DNA from: a virus | IMG/VR virus record: IMGVR_UViG_3300022932_000017 | Location: 9,821 to 73,820 of that record | DNA length: 64,000 bases | Strand: one strand, 5' to 3' | In this document: piece by piece, positions 11,501-20,134 of the stretch | Position numbering within the stretch: position 1 is the stretch's first letter | How the letters are laid out: each line of letters begins with the position of its first letter | The notes under the pieces: generated by a model | Told to the model about the DNA's origin: nothing | Databases searched by the model: none | What the model saw: the letters and a program-made list of their open reading frames with translations, nothing else | Program-made: the position numbers and the translations under genes

Positions 11501-12063
11501 GTTTTTTCTTGAGCTTTATCAAAAAATTCATTGTTTATCTTTTCTTCTTCGGGAGTATAATCTTCACCACCTAATACTTTTCTTCTTAGAAGGTCTGCCG
11601 CAGACAATACGCCTTCTCCAAGATTTACAGCACCTCTAGCAAGTCCCCTTCCAATAATCTTAGTGATTCCCTCCATTCCGGTCTGTACACCGCCCCAATA
11701 AGTATCCCCGTATTTCTTTTTATAGGATTCTAACTTATCGTTAATGACCTTTTCTTCATCTACCGAAGTATCAGGATTTTCTATGCGCTGTTGAGCAGTT
11801 AATTTAGTAGGATCTACCCTATAGTTAGCAGCAGTCTGTTCTTGAACTGTTATAGGTTTGTATGCTCCTAAAGCAGTCAAGTCTAGTTTTACTTTAGGAG
11901 TCTTTACAGGTGTTTGTCTTAGTTCTTTTGGTTGAACTGAAAATGATTCGTCTTGCAGGTTATTAGCCGCCTGTAATATATTAGTACTTTGGAAAGGCTT
12001 TGAGCCACTTCCAGATGTTTGAACACCACTCTTTGAAACGGCTGAACCCCCCCCCAGCCCCAT
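5542..12063 (-). CDS. Giant internal/ejected virion protein (polyvalent-type) with ParB-like and FtsK-gamma domains; probably the downstream frame of a frameshifted gene starting at 12199
   Basis: 2173 aa, mostly helical/charged; VLDGHHR motif; DPLFDEAA...LNISYERAKEIMDQMESEGIVG FtsK-gamma signature; follows two pilot-like genes. Confidence 0.7.
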   Translation of the reverse strand: MGLGGGSAVSKSGVQTSGSGSKPFQSTNILQAANNLQDESFSVQPKELRQTPVKTPKVKLDLTALGAYKPITVQEQTAANYRVDPTKLTAQQRIENPDTSVDEEKVINDKLESYKKKYGDTYWGGVQTGMEGITKIIGRGLARGAVNLGEGVLSAADLLRRKVLGGEDYTPEEEKINNEFFDKAQEKTSMGLEDNFRGFTPVDRAVGSLAEFVPAMLSAEATGGMSFAMNGAGTADKEIREAKKNGVEFKNGADDLYRVGKMITDYTLMKALNSHVLFNKLPAAVRDDLAGQATVNAMKGLVDSGEAITAESIANAMKQQSVSIAKKIPEFLNKGAKAYRNTSLDLTALAYVDNELKKKANDVNESEAFQAQSPQEMSDTIGKILTEDAPIFAGLGMRQDVGMMFSKSPYKNMVIDAVKADRSPENVAKVIEDVGVLGAKQGWKPEEIANTQKQAMVIADAVSKLPEQFTPKQFDEGVDLITGRNEMQEALDNVKSTKTPTDPALGEIKLPEEIALENKIDQSNDKLRELATGLKTKYSFDEEKGTYTKQIGKEKPVEITEERYNLEQTERSKPEVPQEVINTEVGGNTTVREKQVDNKIPSENIFKNKISQATSEKVLKANRLIKEQRSKSKEGDNSGYEESKQIVDINDIVPTQESLQADKLGGTKNQNNPTEDVALLKEGDKYYVLDGHHRIANDIQSGKTSINVKVYDFEKENEVVQDKPSSAVETPRTLDPLFDEAAKTVVESKDSSIAVLSKKLNISYERAKEIMDQMESEGIVGAFDGGRSRDILVTEYKPKETEIRNPVNLENDQKLKQGTNEVEQPVPAQENVAQESVSPERTKEVLDKAEDDLKALKQVANKTLKAEASLKRLTEAKSKGEITTKQFDELKTRFDDVLADSASKIKAENLTTEETTQFENEFKNEELTTNDFIEHERRAIEQQAEPIAETIQPTGNDGGTNAKENTGSKTEQAEPAKGKVSNKFVELVNKNLETDEIRNTLNNVERETGRTLDASEKEYKRKDSLIDFQHGDDIVQNAKKEFGDEYATKLMEYVEENKLPVDKRSLITVSLENELERRILAEPENEVAVNKQLKYVRDISTKFQRSAAIAIGYGRFRQAARAAYDMGQITKEFFSSAQRQEKATIEKSIEASPDAINKEAQSIETDAVDVLSPDIENAIAKGVEKEVNSLYEKLPTKRREAADKAIAALDKIQKKLRSKTYDASIGVPVAIIDAGITTIKAAIKAGVNIADAIELGINKIKETQKKWAKEDDFRKDMLDGFKEENIDTESGTKRGKVKSDAEKLADAKENIRKRIEDLKQQIADKKVELKATSRLTDPELQSLQAEESAYKREAMKYLTSESKAIVDERMKATAVKKLQNDLERLNDQIAKGEKAEREAKKDPIESPEINRLKGERKAALEVLEQLDPTPKIFVKEALIESGYGREITVTRKETDANGNVVERKEKTQTLDWKKLAGEEGSIDRMKENVAKVLKDKGYSDVEIDRLQDSFEKEYNDLRASVIEKGLKELETRNTEKPKTNTKTTAKRLAELYNYGLFEKNSDTYDYLMNNAIGLNGIGQEAFFQAKVLAKSLSELYQSRSDGRVINEFGLNSAVNQINHQIEQLLSKVAWNESNGAFKAAKITQEYLSMAQRAILTTVKQLGDNTLSGYIERTFNKLTFAFEKNDTKALEKQRRDAGRNVLKDAIYNAGLDYGDISNPFLVKSATENYINNVSTSRKYHAVVSGILGRIYLEGMDGLNKANLTEKYFTRNLIKVLTDKNNPKRMGQDEAVQYVSENLTGQKFSDALVTANEIIEKVNRLSGKKTLPENKEFTNRLAMDIVKEALVVGEKLTLDQIEASYRAGYTVAGLGMGHEANNFASRTVGLLNSYNEGKLKDAIKEKRWNEAAMLTFTSILSKNILNPFVGGASNWVTLTLQKAGVDAWSPLENFVKRRKLDLTTEKGIKDMEYALMSEAKAKSTAGRVFIGATVSLLAAGATISSGKDKDLAGWLKKNEWAKKYFNVISPPALSFLLALEDKKMGKFMQQILNQKVAAFDDGAKVVKSIEAATEGDLKKAGGYAGDVLGSKTSLPIIPYRFGRQVQNIYRGVTGQPQISPDYSTKSFWNSFYRDGFVNYLGLTPDAESDKPLSDAERKEKIKEAKQKIEETRKGLQEKD

Positions 12064-12199
12064 CGGTGATGGAGCTTTTATATTCTGGATACTTTACTAA
12101 CATCTTATCTGCTAACTCTGTATCGTCTACATCCTTGTACTCTGGATATTTCTCTTTTATTTTTTGAGCAAACTGTTGCTTGGTTACTTTATCAGGCAT
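11981..12199 (-). CDS. Short ORF, probable true N-terminus of the giant protein
   Basis: FAQKIKEKYPEYKDVDDTELADKMLVKYPEY internal repeat; good A-rich start context; overlaps the giant ORF across a G9 run. Confidence 0.7.
   Translation of the reverse strand: MPDKVTKQQFAQKIKEKYPEYKDVDDTELADKMLVKYPEYKSSITDGAGGGFSRFKEWCSNIWKWLKAFPKY
12047..12055 (-). repeat. G9 homopolymer (C9 on + strand) at the frame junction
   Basis: GGGGCT-GGGGGGGGG-TTCAGCC; loss of one G fuses the two ORFs. Confidence 0.9.
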
Positions 12200-12208
12200 A
12201 ATTTATAT

Positions 12209-13528
12209 TTAGAAAAGACCTAATGGGTCATTTTTCGGTTTAACTGTTTTTTGTTTGTTTACTCTGTCACGTTCCGTTTGTATAGCACCTTTAACTTTCC
12301 CTGCGGCATTACCTGTCTGGAATTTACTTTCGGATACATTCTCTCCGGTAATGTCGCTTAACAAGCGGTTTAACTTCAACTTCCCTTCCGGTGAACGCTT
12401 GTCTATAGTAACCGTATATGCAGGAGTCTCTTTCATCTTAACCTTACCCTCTGCATCATACGATTCAGTTACCTTTTTAGGAACCCTCACCTCAATGAAA
12501 TTACCTTTAGAACCTATCATGTTTTTAACAGCATTCTGGTCATAACCCGGCATTGCGCTTACAATAGCTTTAAACCTTTCTCCTGAACCTGCAACTCCGC
12601 TAAGCATATCATTTACCGTCTTCTGCCTGTACAACGTAGCTTCATCTGCTGCTCCTTTATCATTCTTTCTTGCCCTTTGAAGCATATCAGAATAATTAGC
12701 TCTTTCTCTCCAATCGTCATTCTCTTTAAAGACAGGTTTAGCGGGCTCTTTCTTTACCCTATCCTTTACCAATTGACTAATTAAAGTGTTTTTTAATTGA
12801 ACGGGATCAGTTATACTTGCCGCTAGATCAGGATACAATTGTTTTGCCGCTAACTTGAAGTCTGTATCTGCATCCCATTTCGCTGAATACCTCTGCGCTT
12901 GCATTACAGGGTCTATTACCCTTTCTTGAGTAACTAATACCCCTGACTTATTTCCTTGCTTGTGAGGCACTTCTAATGGGTTGTTCCATTTAGAACTCTT
13001 TAATACTAATTCATCGTCTTTATCCAATTCGGAAAGAACCTTGTTAACGTCAATTTTTCTTTCAAACGTAGTTAAATCCCTGATGTATTTAGGATCGTTC
13101 CTTGACAAGTTTTTAGATTGCTGATATTTAGTAACAGCATCATCAGTGAAGTTATCTCTCTTAGCAGGATCCATAAAGAGAGCATTCAATGCAGTTTCTC
13201 CTTTAGCTAAATTCTTAGAGTCATATACCATATTCTGCAAGTCTAACTCTTTTTCATCAAACTGACGCTTTAACATAGCTTTCTTCTGCAAATCTTTTTC
13301 CGCTTGAATCTGTCCGTAAAGGTTTTTCCACTCGTTATACTTTGAGGTATATTCAGGAACATCACCCTGACGAACTCCATCAATCTTAACCTTACCCATT
13401 TCTTCCTGCAAAGCTTTCTGTTCTGCCTGACGTCTAGCCTCATTCTGTTGAGCTTGTTTAAGGTAGTAGTTTACAGATCCACTAGTGTCAAATACAACCG
13501 AATCATTAGCGTTTAGTCCTTCTCTCAT
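12209..13528 (-). CDS. Putative internal/ejection virion protein
   Basis: 439 aa, helical, Q/K-rich; between the pilot-like and giant genes. Confidence 0.55.
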   Translation of the reverse strand: MREGLNANDSVVFDTSGSVNYYLKQAQQNEARRQAEQKALQEEMGKVKIDGVRQGDVPEYTSKYNEWKNLYGQIQAEKDLQKKAMLKRQFDEKELDLQNMVYDSKNLAKGETALNALFMDPAKRDNFTDDAVTKYQQSKNLSRNDPKYIRDLTTFERKIDVNKVLSELDKDDELVLKSSKWNNPLEVPHKQGNKSGVLVTQERVIDPVMQAQRYSAKWDADTDFKLAAKQLYPDLAASITDPVQLKNTLISQLVKDRVKKEPAKPVFKENDDWRERANYSDMLQRARKNDKGAADEATLYRQKTVNDMLSGVAGSGERFKAIVSAMPGYDQNAVKNMIGSKGNFIEVRVPKKVTESYDAEGKVKMKETPAYTVTIDKRSPEGKLKLNRLLSDITGENVSESKFQTGNAAGKVKGAIQTERDRVNKQKTVKPKNDPLGLF

Positions 13529-14154
13529 TAGAATCCTGCTGATGGTAAATAATTTCTAATATAACCGTTACTTCCTTGAGGTGGCATTTGAGAATTAGTA
13601 CCGCCACCTTGTTGTCCACCATAGTAGCTTTGGGCTAATTGGCTAAGATCGGTTAAGGCTCCAAAACTGTTTCGCTTTCCATCTGCAATAGTTTGAGAAG
13701 CTGCGTTCCCTTGTTGGATGTATTTTTGCTTTTTATTCCAATCCCATACCCTTTGTTCTTCATTAGCTAACACACCTCTCTGTCCCATAAGAACGCCCTG
13801 ATTTCTTAATCTAGTATTAGCATCCTGAACATCAAGGCTTAATGTGGCATCATTAGAAGCTCTCACAAGAGACGCAAGCCCCGCACTCGGATTAGCACTT
13901 CTACCCAATTGAGTTAAAACCCCTTGTTGGTTCCTTTGAATGTTCTGTGCTGCTTGGTTATACTGTTGCTGTGGTAAACCTACTTGAGCCATTTGTTCCG
14001 CTTGCGCTACATTCTTTAAAATATTGTTGTTTACTTGAGCTGTTGGAAAGGGGTTATTTTTAGCCATTTTATTCCCTTTGAGAATTCCGGCTATTCCGGC
14101 TATTCCTTTTAAAACCGATGGTGCAACTGCTGCCGCTATTAATGGTAAAGGCAT
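13528..14154 (-). CDS. Putative DNA ejection (pilot-like) protein
   Basis: Hydrophobic Ala/Gly N-terminus (MPLPLIAAAVAPSVLKGIAGIAG) followed by Gln-rich helices. Confidence 0.6.
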   Translation of the reverse strand: MPLPLIAAAVAPSVLKGIAGIAGILKGNKMAKNNPFPTAQVNNNILKNVAQAEQMAQVGLPQQQYNQAAQNIQRNQQGVLTQLGRSANPSAGLASLVRASNDATLSLDVQDANTRLRNQGVLMGQRGVLANEEQRVWDWNKKQKYIQQGNAASQTIADGKRNSFGALTDLSQLAQSYYGGQQGGGTNSQMPPQGSNGYIRNYLPSAGF

Positions 14155-14203
14155 AATATTTATTTTTTTTATGTTATTTACTTAAACAAAGTACGTCAAT
14201 TAT

Positions 14204-15124
14204 TTAGCGTGTTCCAATTTTACTCGGTATACTGTTCACCGCAACGTTCTTCAACCGTAGTATTCCGTTCTCTGTAGTCACAAGTTCGATTACAATATAA
14301 GTCCCTTTAAGGTCGTCTCCGTTAATAATATCTACATTCTTATCTTTCATAAACGAAGCACTAAACACACCTTCTACACTATAAATATCCACTTGGTCAA
14401 CTCCATCATCCATTACATCTTTCAGAAAGTCATATTCAATTAATTCTGATACCTGACCCAAACTTGTAGAAATACCATCAACACTTGTTATCATCAGCAT
14501 ATTACCCTCGTAAGATAAGCTTTCAAATGTTTTAGGCTGTCCTTCATTTCCATTAGCAGTGAATTTTATCAGTGTTTTATATTGCATACCATAATATCTG
14601 TTTCTGCCTTCAATAGAAGCCTTGTGAGCGTATAACTGCCCAGACTTGAATGTATATAGGTTTGTGAACAACGAAAAGCCTGTATCGAAGTTTAACGGCT
14701 TAAAACAACTCCATTTATTGTTCTTTTCCGACCATGACAAAGTGTTCTTCTGTTTTAGGCTCGTATCCTCTACTGTATCGCTAATTGTAAAGGAAGTCAG
14801 TTTAAGGTTAGCGTTAGAATAAACCGTAAGTATAGGGTCACTACCTGTAGCTGTAATGGTTAGATTTACAAAACCCGGAGTGGTTCTATTTGCGGATGCC
14901 GCTGTTCCTGCATTAACCCTGAAAAATCCTGAATTTATATACTCCAAACTATAACTAATCTGATAAGTATGTCCAGAAATCAAAGGATAATTTCTTAAAG
15001 TCATCTGCCCTGCATTACATACCTCATGTATAGCGTAATCCTCGAATATAGTCCAACCAAATGACTTGCCTAATGTGAGCAAGTCTAAAGTGATCGGTGT
15101 GTTCTGTAGTGTTGTAAAGCTCAT
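14204..15124 (-). CDS. C-terminal part of tail nozzle/stabilization protein with an extra N-terminal beta domain
   Basis: TLSWSEKNNKWSCF...YTFKSGQLYAH...RNRYYG...KTFESLSYEG resembles the C-terminus of nozzle proteins of this phage type. Confidence 0.6.
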   Translation of the reverse strand: MSFTTLQNTPITLDLLTLGKSFGWTIFEDYAIHEVCNAGQMTLRNYPLISGHTYQISYSLEYINSGFFRVNAGTAASANRTTPGFVNLTITATGSDPILTVYSNANLKLTSFTISDTVEDTSLKQKNTLSWSEKNNKWSCFKPLNFDTGFSLFTNLYTFKSGQLYAHKASIEGRNRYYGMQYKTLIKFTANGNEGQPKTFESLSYEGNMLMITSVDGISTSLGQVSELIEYDFLKDVMDDGVDQVDIYSVEGVFSASFMKDKNVDIINGDDLKGTYIVIELVTTENGILRLKNVAVNSIPSKIGTR

Positions 15125-15125
15125 A

Positions 15126-18100
15126 TTATGTAAAGATTACTTCTGCTGTTAATGTTGTTTTATTATACCGTATAACCCCTACTTTATAAGAGTTTGCAGG
15201 TGTATGTGTGCTATTGTGTATAGTAGTGTTTAATAGCCTAGTATCGCTAGATACCGTAACACCACCTGTATTTACGATATTCGTCCCTACCTTACTCATA
15301 GTCCCTCCTTTATAAGTAACAACCTCTAAAGTGAAGTCACCAGAAGCAACCGAACCATACCAGACACAATACAATCCAACTTCAACGATATTAGGACTTG
15401 AAGGAAAGTCTGTCACAAACTTTAATATGTTAACCAAAGCTCCTTCTATACCTTGTGGAGCAGCGCTTGAATTGGTATCATCTAAACCCCACCACAAGTA
15501 AGCATTTGATTCAGGAGTTGTGCCAGAAAGGACAGTATCATCAACATTCCCAAACCCAACAAATATATTATCAATAGTAGGCGTATCATTATTTTCAAAT
15601 TGAACTTGAATATCTAAATCACTCCCCGCACTAGGGTAATCCCAAAGGAACCTAGCTACCAAGAAGTCAAAGTCAGGAATTAAAATGGTTGTGCCTGTAT
15701 TTACATTAAAGATTCCGTCTACACCACCTATCGTTAAAGTTGTAGAAGTAGTTGTATCTTCTGTTGCAGAACTTGTCTGTCTAACTTGTACAGTTTGTCC
15801 ATTACTCACGTTTCCCGCAGCCGATGTATAAGCCCCTCCATTGATTCTATACTCGCCACCTGTAATAGTTGTTGGTGAAGGTGCCCCAAGCCCTGTAATA
15901 GTTACAATATTCGATTCATAAACCGTAGATAATTCAGCATCACTAATATCAATAAAATCAAAAGGATCGGGTTCTGTATCGGTCTTAGTTTTAGCATCAA
16001 AAGAATCTGAATAACCTCCTACGGTAAGAACAGAACTCGTTGTTGTATTATAAGAGGCACTTGTAGTTTGTCGAACCTCAATCGTATCTCCTGCATTAAC
16101 ATTTCCCGCTATATTTGTCCATGCGCCTCCGTTAATCCTATATTCACCTCCTGTTATGCTTATTGGCGCCGGAATAGTATTTCCTCCAATCAATATAGAG
16201 TTAGAAATTACAACAGTACTTAGCTCCTGATTAATCAAATCTATAAAGAAGAATGAATTTACATCAGTGCTTCCGGCAGTAATCGTTCCACATACATTGC
16301 TTTGAATAACGTTTTCTCCAATCTCAAAAGAGAAGATAAACCCTACTGACCCTGTATAGTCTGTTTCAGGAGTAAATACCGCTTGTCCTGTAGTTGTGTT
16401 GATAACTACGCTTCCATGATTGGAACTAACCAATAGTAATGTCGAAGGATCAATCCCAAAGTCAAACTGATATTGCCATGTAGAACTATTGAATTTAAAG
16501 CTCGTCACAATGCCACCTAACGTTTCAATGTGTATCGTATACTCTTCGTTGTAATTATCAAATAACCCATATATCTTTTTACCATCCTTCTTAGCTTGTT
16601 GTAATACCCTCATAAAGAACTTGGACATTTTAACTGCTATTGGTGCCACACCATTATATCCATCCCGTATAGGCAATGAATTATTTGGGTCAACAAAGTA
16701 TATTGTTCCATTCCTAGACTTCACAAAGCTTTCCTTAGCGGTGCCTATCCCAAAGCTACCTGACTGCAAGTATCTGGCTTTATTCAAAAGCTTATCGGAG
16801 ATTGCTACATTCTGATTCTCTGCCTGATCTTCTAAAATTGAAATGTTAACAGGAATATGAATTAATTTCAACTCTTGAATACATACTAAGTATGAATCTC
16901 TTTGGCTAAGCACTCCAATAGCTCCGAACTGTGAAGAGGTTTCTCCTGCTCCATCACCATAAATACGCTCTCCATAAAACCTAGAAATGCCATTCACCCT
17001 GCTTCCGGTAATAAATGTATCAGAATATCTTATAGAAGCTTTCTTTCGTGTCTCTTCCTGTTCATCGTTATAGAGTCTTGGCCTTCCATAGGAGTAGTAA
17101 TTAGATTTATAAAAGTCACTGAAATTAAAATCTTCAACAAGGAAAGTATAAGGGATGTTAACATCGATATTGCTTACAAGATTTCTTGTTTTAAAATACG
17201 CATCAGCTTCTCTTATAACTCCTGACTTAACGGTATAGTCTCCATTCTGAATAAGTATCTGCTCTCCTATTTCATAAAATAATGTAGAAGTTTCCGAAGT
17301 TACACCATCATTAGTTTCTGTTCTTTTCTTTGGTGAATATATCTCTAAAAGGACTTCTTTACCTGTTATGTCTGCAATATTTATAGATGCTGACTTTCTA
17401 ACCTTAAGATTATACTTGGTTGTATTAGGATCTACACTAGTATCTACCACAATATCTAACCCCACAACTTCAACGTCTATAGCAGGTGCATCAAACCATT
17501 TTACAGGAGTAGATGTGCTCCCTGTAAACGTAAACATAAATGTACACCTATCTCCAACAGAATAGTCATAACTTAAAATTGAAGAAGAATTGACTTGGTT
17601 AAATCTTAAAAGCGAAGTTATATTAAAAACTAAATAATCATCATTGGATAGAAAAGCATCCAAGGCACCATTAATATATAAGTCCGTAGCGTGTGTATTA
17701 TTAAAAGAAATCAACCACTGTGCACTTTCTGCTCCGGCAGGAGGTAGACTATTTATCTGCCAACTTATTTGAGGAATAAAACCATGTGTCTGCGCGTACG
17801 ATGGGGTCTTAATCATAAATCTCTTATCACTGACAATAGGAAAGTAATTCCCTGCACCTTTGTAATGTGCTAAAGCCAATTGATAGGCCGAATTTAATTT
17901 TATACTATGTATAGATTTTGACACTCCCGTTCCGGCATTCTGTAAAGTAACTGTTGCATATGAAAGCTCAAAATAAGGGTCGGTCTTTATATATAATGCG
18001 AAAGGAGTGGTATTACTGTTGGGTATACCAATAGAAAATGAATTTATTGCGGATATGGTATCGTTGTTTTGAGTTATAGGGACTGTATAAGAATAGTTTT

Positions 18101-19367
18101 GAGTTACTGAAAAATCCCTTAAATCCCTCAATTGAACGTTAAAAACATCTCCCGTTTTAGCAATCCCATCATACCCTATAGTAACGTTTCTTCTGTGTCC
18201 TCCTGCATTACCATCATCATAAGCCTTAGTGACCCTTAAATAATCGTATACAGGAGGATCGTTTTCAATTTGAGGGTCATATACACTCACTGATAAATTA
18301 ACATCAACTACAGGTCTATTTTCTCCTTCTGTAAGGTCTCCTAACGTAAGAATGCTACCATTGATTACTTCTAATGCTCCTGCTCTTTTAGGAACATAAT
18401 CATAAGGTAAATCAGTTTCTAATACAGGTATGTTGTTGTATAACCCATCATTATAAAAAGCAAACGAATAAATATTTGTAGCAGGGTCATAAGCCTCGTA
18501 AATCTCTTGTGAAACATCTACCGTAGTATTAGGCAAACTAACAATATCTTTCCTGTCTACAGACTTCACCAAAAACCAATCTAAGTTGTCATACCTAGCA
18601 CCTACATTTATTGTTTTCACCCTGTCATTACCCGCATCTACAGAGACAATCAAGTTATTGGCTTTAGTTACATCCGTTCCTATTGCAGGAGTAGGTTCAT
18701 CACTAGGAACATTTCTTTTTGAATATGTACTCCACGCACTATATTCATCATCTAACCTGATAAACTGCTCTGTGAATTGAAATAAACGCTTCTGGATAAG
18801 GTTTACCGATCTTCCGGCATCATCACCATACACATAAGTTGGAAGCTTTATTGGTTGACCTTTCAGTAGTGTAATATCCTCTTGCAGTAAAATCCCGTAT
18901 CCCCCACTTTTAAGCCTTTCTAAGTTGATTATTCCCGGCTGTATATTGTCAGCATTAAAGATTAAATACTTGCCCTGTAATAGCTTTATTTGATTTACCG
19001 AATATTTAGGGTCTAAAGGCAGAATATCTACATTACCGCTATCCGTAATATTCTCGAAAATGACTGTTTCAGTTTCAGTATCATAATCAAACTCTGTAAT
19101 TTGGTTTAGCTTAGATGAATTATAAACAAAAGAATAAGCTTTCCTTGCATCATCAAAACTTGCAGTGCCCAATGTTTTGTTTAACCCTGATGGTTTAGCG
19201 CCTGATATAAGCTCATTTGACTCCATACTAGTACCATCACCATCCTCTTGTTCTACAGTTCCGGTAACACGAAGGTTGAATGCCTCTAGGTAATCGTTTG
19301 GCGCTATATCCTGAATAGCACTATCGCTATCCATACCGCCTCCTTTAAATTTCTTTATTTCCTGCAT
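15126..19367 (-). CDS. Tail nozzle/stabilization protein (N-terminal part) with appended Ig-like repeats
   Basis: GGMDSD...NDYLEAFNLR start, SIRYSD...NGISRF and LVCIQE motifs; follows the tail tube gene. Confidence 0.7.
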   Translation of the reverse strand: MQEIKKFKGGGMDSDSAIQDIAPNDYLEAFNLRVTGTVEQEDGDGTSMESNELISGAKPSGLNKTLGTASFDDARKAYSFVYNSSKLNQITEFDYDTETETVIFENITDSGNVDILPLDPKYSVNQIKLLQGKYLIFNADNIQPGIINLERLKSGGYGILLQEDITLLKGQPIKLPTYVYGDDAGRSVNLIQKRLFQFTEQFIRLDDEYSAWSTYSKRNVPSDEPTPAIGTDVTKANNLIVSVDAGNDRVKTINVGARYDNLDWFLVKSVDRKDIVSLPNTTVDVSQEIYEAYDPATNIYSFAFYNDGLYNNIPVLETDLPYDYVPKRAGALEVINGSILTLGDLTEGENRPVVDVNLSVSVYDPQIENDPPVYDYLRVTKAYDDGNAGGHRRNVTIGYDGIAKTGDVFNVQLRDLRDFSVTQNYSYTVPITQNNDTISAINSFSIGIPNSNTTPFALYIKTDPYFELSYATVTLQNAGTGVSKSIHSIKLNSAYQLALAHYKGAGNYFPIVSDKRFMIKTPSYAQTHGFIPQISWQINSLPPAGAESAQWLISFNNTHATDLYINGALDAFLSNDDYLVFNITSLLRFNQVNSSSILSYDYSVGDRCTFMFTFTGSTSTPVKWFDAPAIDVEVVGLDIVVDTSVDPNTTKYNLKVRKSASINIADITGKEVLLEIYSPKKRTETNDGVTSETSTLFYEIGEQILIQNGDYTVKSGVIREADAYFKTRNLVSNIDVNIPYTFLVEDFNFSDFYKSNYYSYGRPRLYNDEQEETRKKASIRYSDTFITGSRVNGISRFYGERIYGDGAGETSSQFGAIGVLSQRDSYLVCIQELKLIHIPVNISILEDQAENQNVAISDKLLNKARYLQSGSFGIGTAKESFVKSRNGTIYFVDPNNSLPIRDGYNGVAPIAVKMSKFFMRVLQQAKKDGKKIYGLFDNYNEEYTIHIETLGGIVTSFKFNSSTWQYQFDFGIDPSTLLLVSSNHGSVVINTTTGQAVFTPETDYTGSVGFIFSFEIGENVIQSNVCGTITAGSTDVNSFFFIDLINQELSTVVISNSILIGGNTIPAPISITGGEYRINGGAWTNIAGNVNAGDTIEVRQTTSASYNTTTSSVLTVGGYSDSFDAKTKTDTEPDPFDFIDISDAELSTVYESNIVTITGLGAPSPTTITGGEYRINGGAYTSAAGNVSNGQTVQVRQTSSATEDTTTSTTLTIGGVDGIFNVNTGTTILIPDFDFLVARFLWDYPSAGSDLDIQVQFENNDTPTIDNIFVGFGNVDDTVLSGTTPESNAYLWWGLDDTNSSAAPQGIEGALVNILKFVTDFPSSPNIVEVGLYCVWYGSVASGDFTLEVVTYKGGTMSKVGTNIVNTGGVTVSSDTRLLNTTIHNSTHTPANSYKVGVIRYNKTTLTAEVIFT
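15697..16265 (-). repeat. Tandem ~95-aa Ig-like repeat pair in the nozzle protein (approximate bounds)
   Basis: Both copies contain ELSTV...ITGGEYRINGGAxT...GNV...VRQTxSA...LTxGG. Confidence 0.85.
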
Positions 19368-19370
19368 AAT

Positions 19371-20132
19371 TTAGCTCTTGGCAACAAGTTTATTTCCTGA
19401 TCTGGCAACGTCCTGTAATTCGTTCAAAATAAAAGGGTTCATTCGCATCTTAGTTAATCTTTTGGCGTTGTAATACTCTGACCTCATAGACATAACTTCA
19501 TTCCTTCCGTATTTCTTTCTTTGTCCGGCAGCATCTTTCCACTTCATATAAAGAGACATTGCCTCTGCGGCTCTAATGTCAATAACAAAATCTCCATCTT
19601 CTTCTACGTATCCATTAGACAAGTACTCAAGTAATATCTCCTGTTGGCTGTTTCGAGGGTCTAGGAAGATTAATTTCTGACCATTATCTACTTTATACTC
19701 ACCGTATGTTGCAGTGCCGCTATCAGCTCCAAACAACCTGTAAGAAGCACCATTGAAATAATAGTTGTGGTAATAGTCATTATCGTAAGGATACCCATAC
19801 CCGTCCACCGTAGTAGAAGATATAATTCCCTTAGTCCTGTTAAAAGGATTTGTATTTAATGTAGATAGTTGTGAGTTCCTTTTATACGTCAAAACTTCCC
19901 CTCTACTATTAATCTGTCCTATCTTAGAATACTGAATGTAGTCACAAGGCAGTTCAACTGTTTTGTTAGGTAGTATCGGTAGTAACACTGTTTTAAATGT
20001 GCCAGTAACATCTAAGTTAAACTCTGTCTCTAGTCCCCATTTAGCGATATTATATAGCCTTAAAAACTGATGTGAAGACAAATCATCAGTGTTCAAATGG
20101 TTAGCTACGATTTTTTTAAGTCCAATATTCAT
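19371..20132 (-). CDS. Tail tubular/ring (adaptor) protein
   Basis: VELPCDYIQYSKIG, ILLEYLSNG and YYNAKRLTKMR motifs; position in the module. Confidence 0.7.
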   Translation of the reverse strand: MNIGLKKIVANHLNTDDLSSHQFLRLYNIAKWGLETEFNLDVTGTFKTVLLPILPNKTVELPCDYIQYSKIGQINSRGEVLTYKRNSQLSTLNTNPFNRTKGIISSTTVDGYGYPYDNDYYHNYYFNGASYRLFGADSGTATYGEYKVDNGQKLIFLDPRNSQQEILLEYLSNGYVEEDGDFVIDIRAAEAMSLYMKWKDAAGQRKKYGRNEVMSMRSEYYNAKRLTKMRMNPFILNELQDVARSGNKLVAKS

Positions 20133-20134
20133 GA

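Noticed and set aside
5542-12063. crAss-type virion RNA polymerase (similar size and position)
   Set aside because: I found no DxDxD catalytic motif; the sequence is mostly coiled-coil/helical
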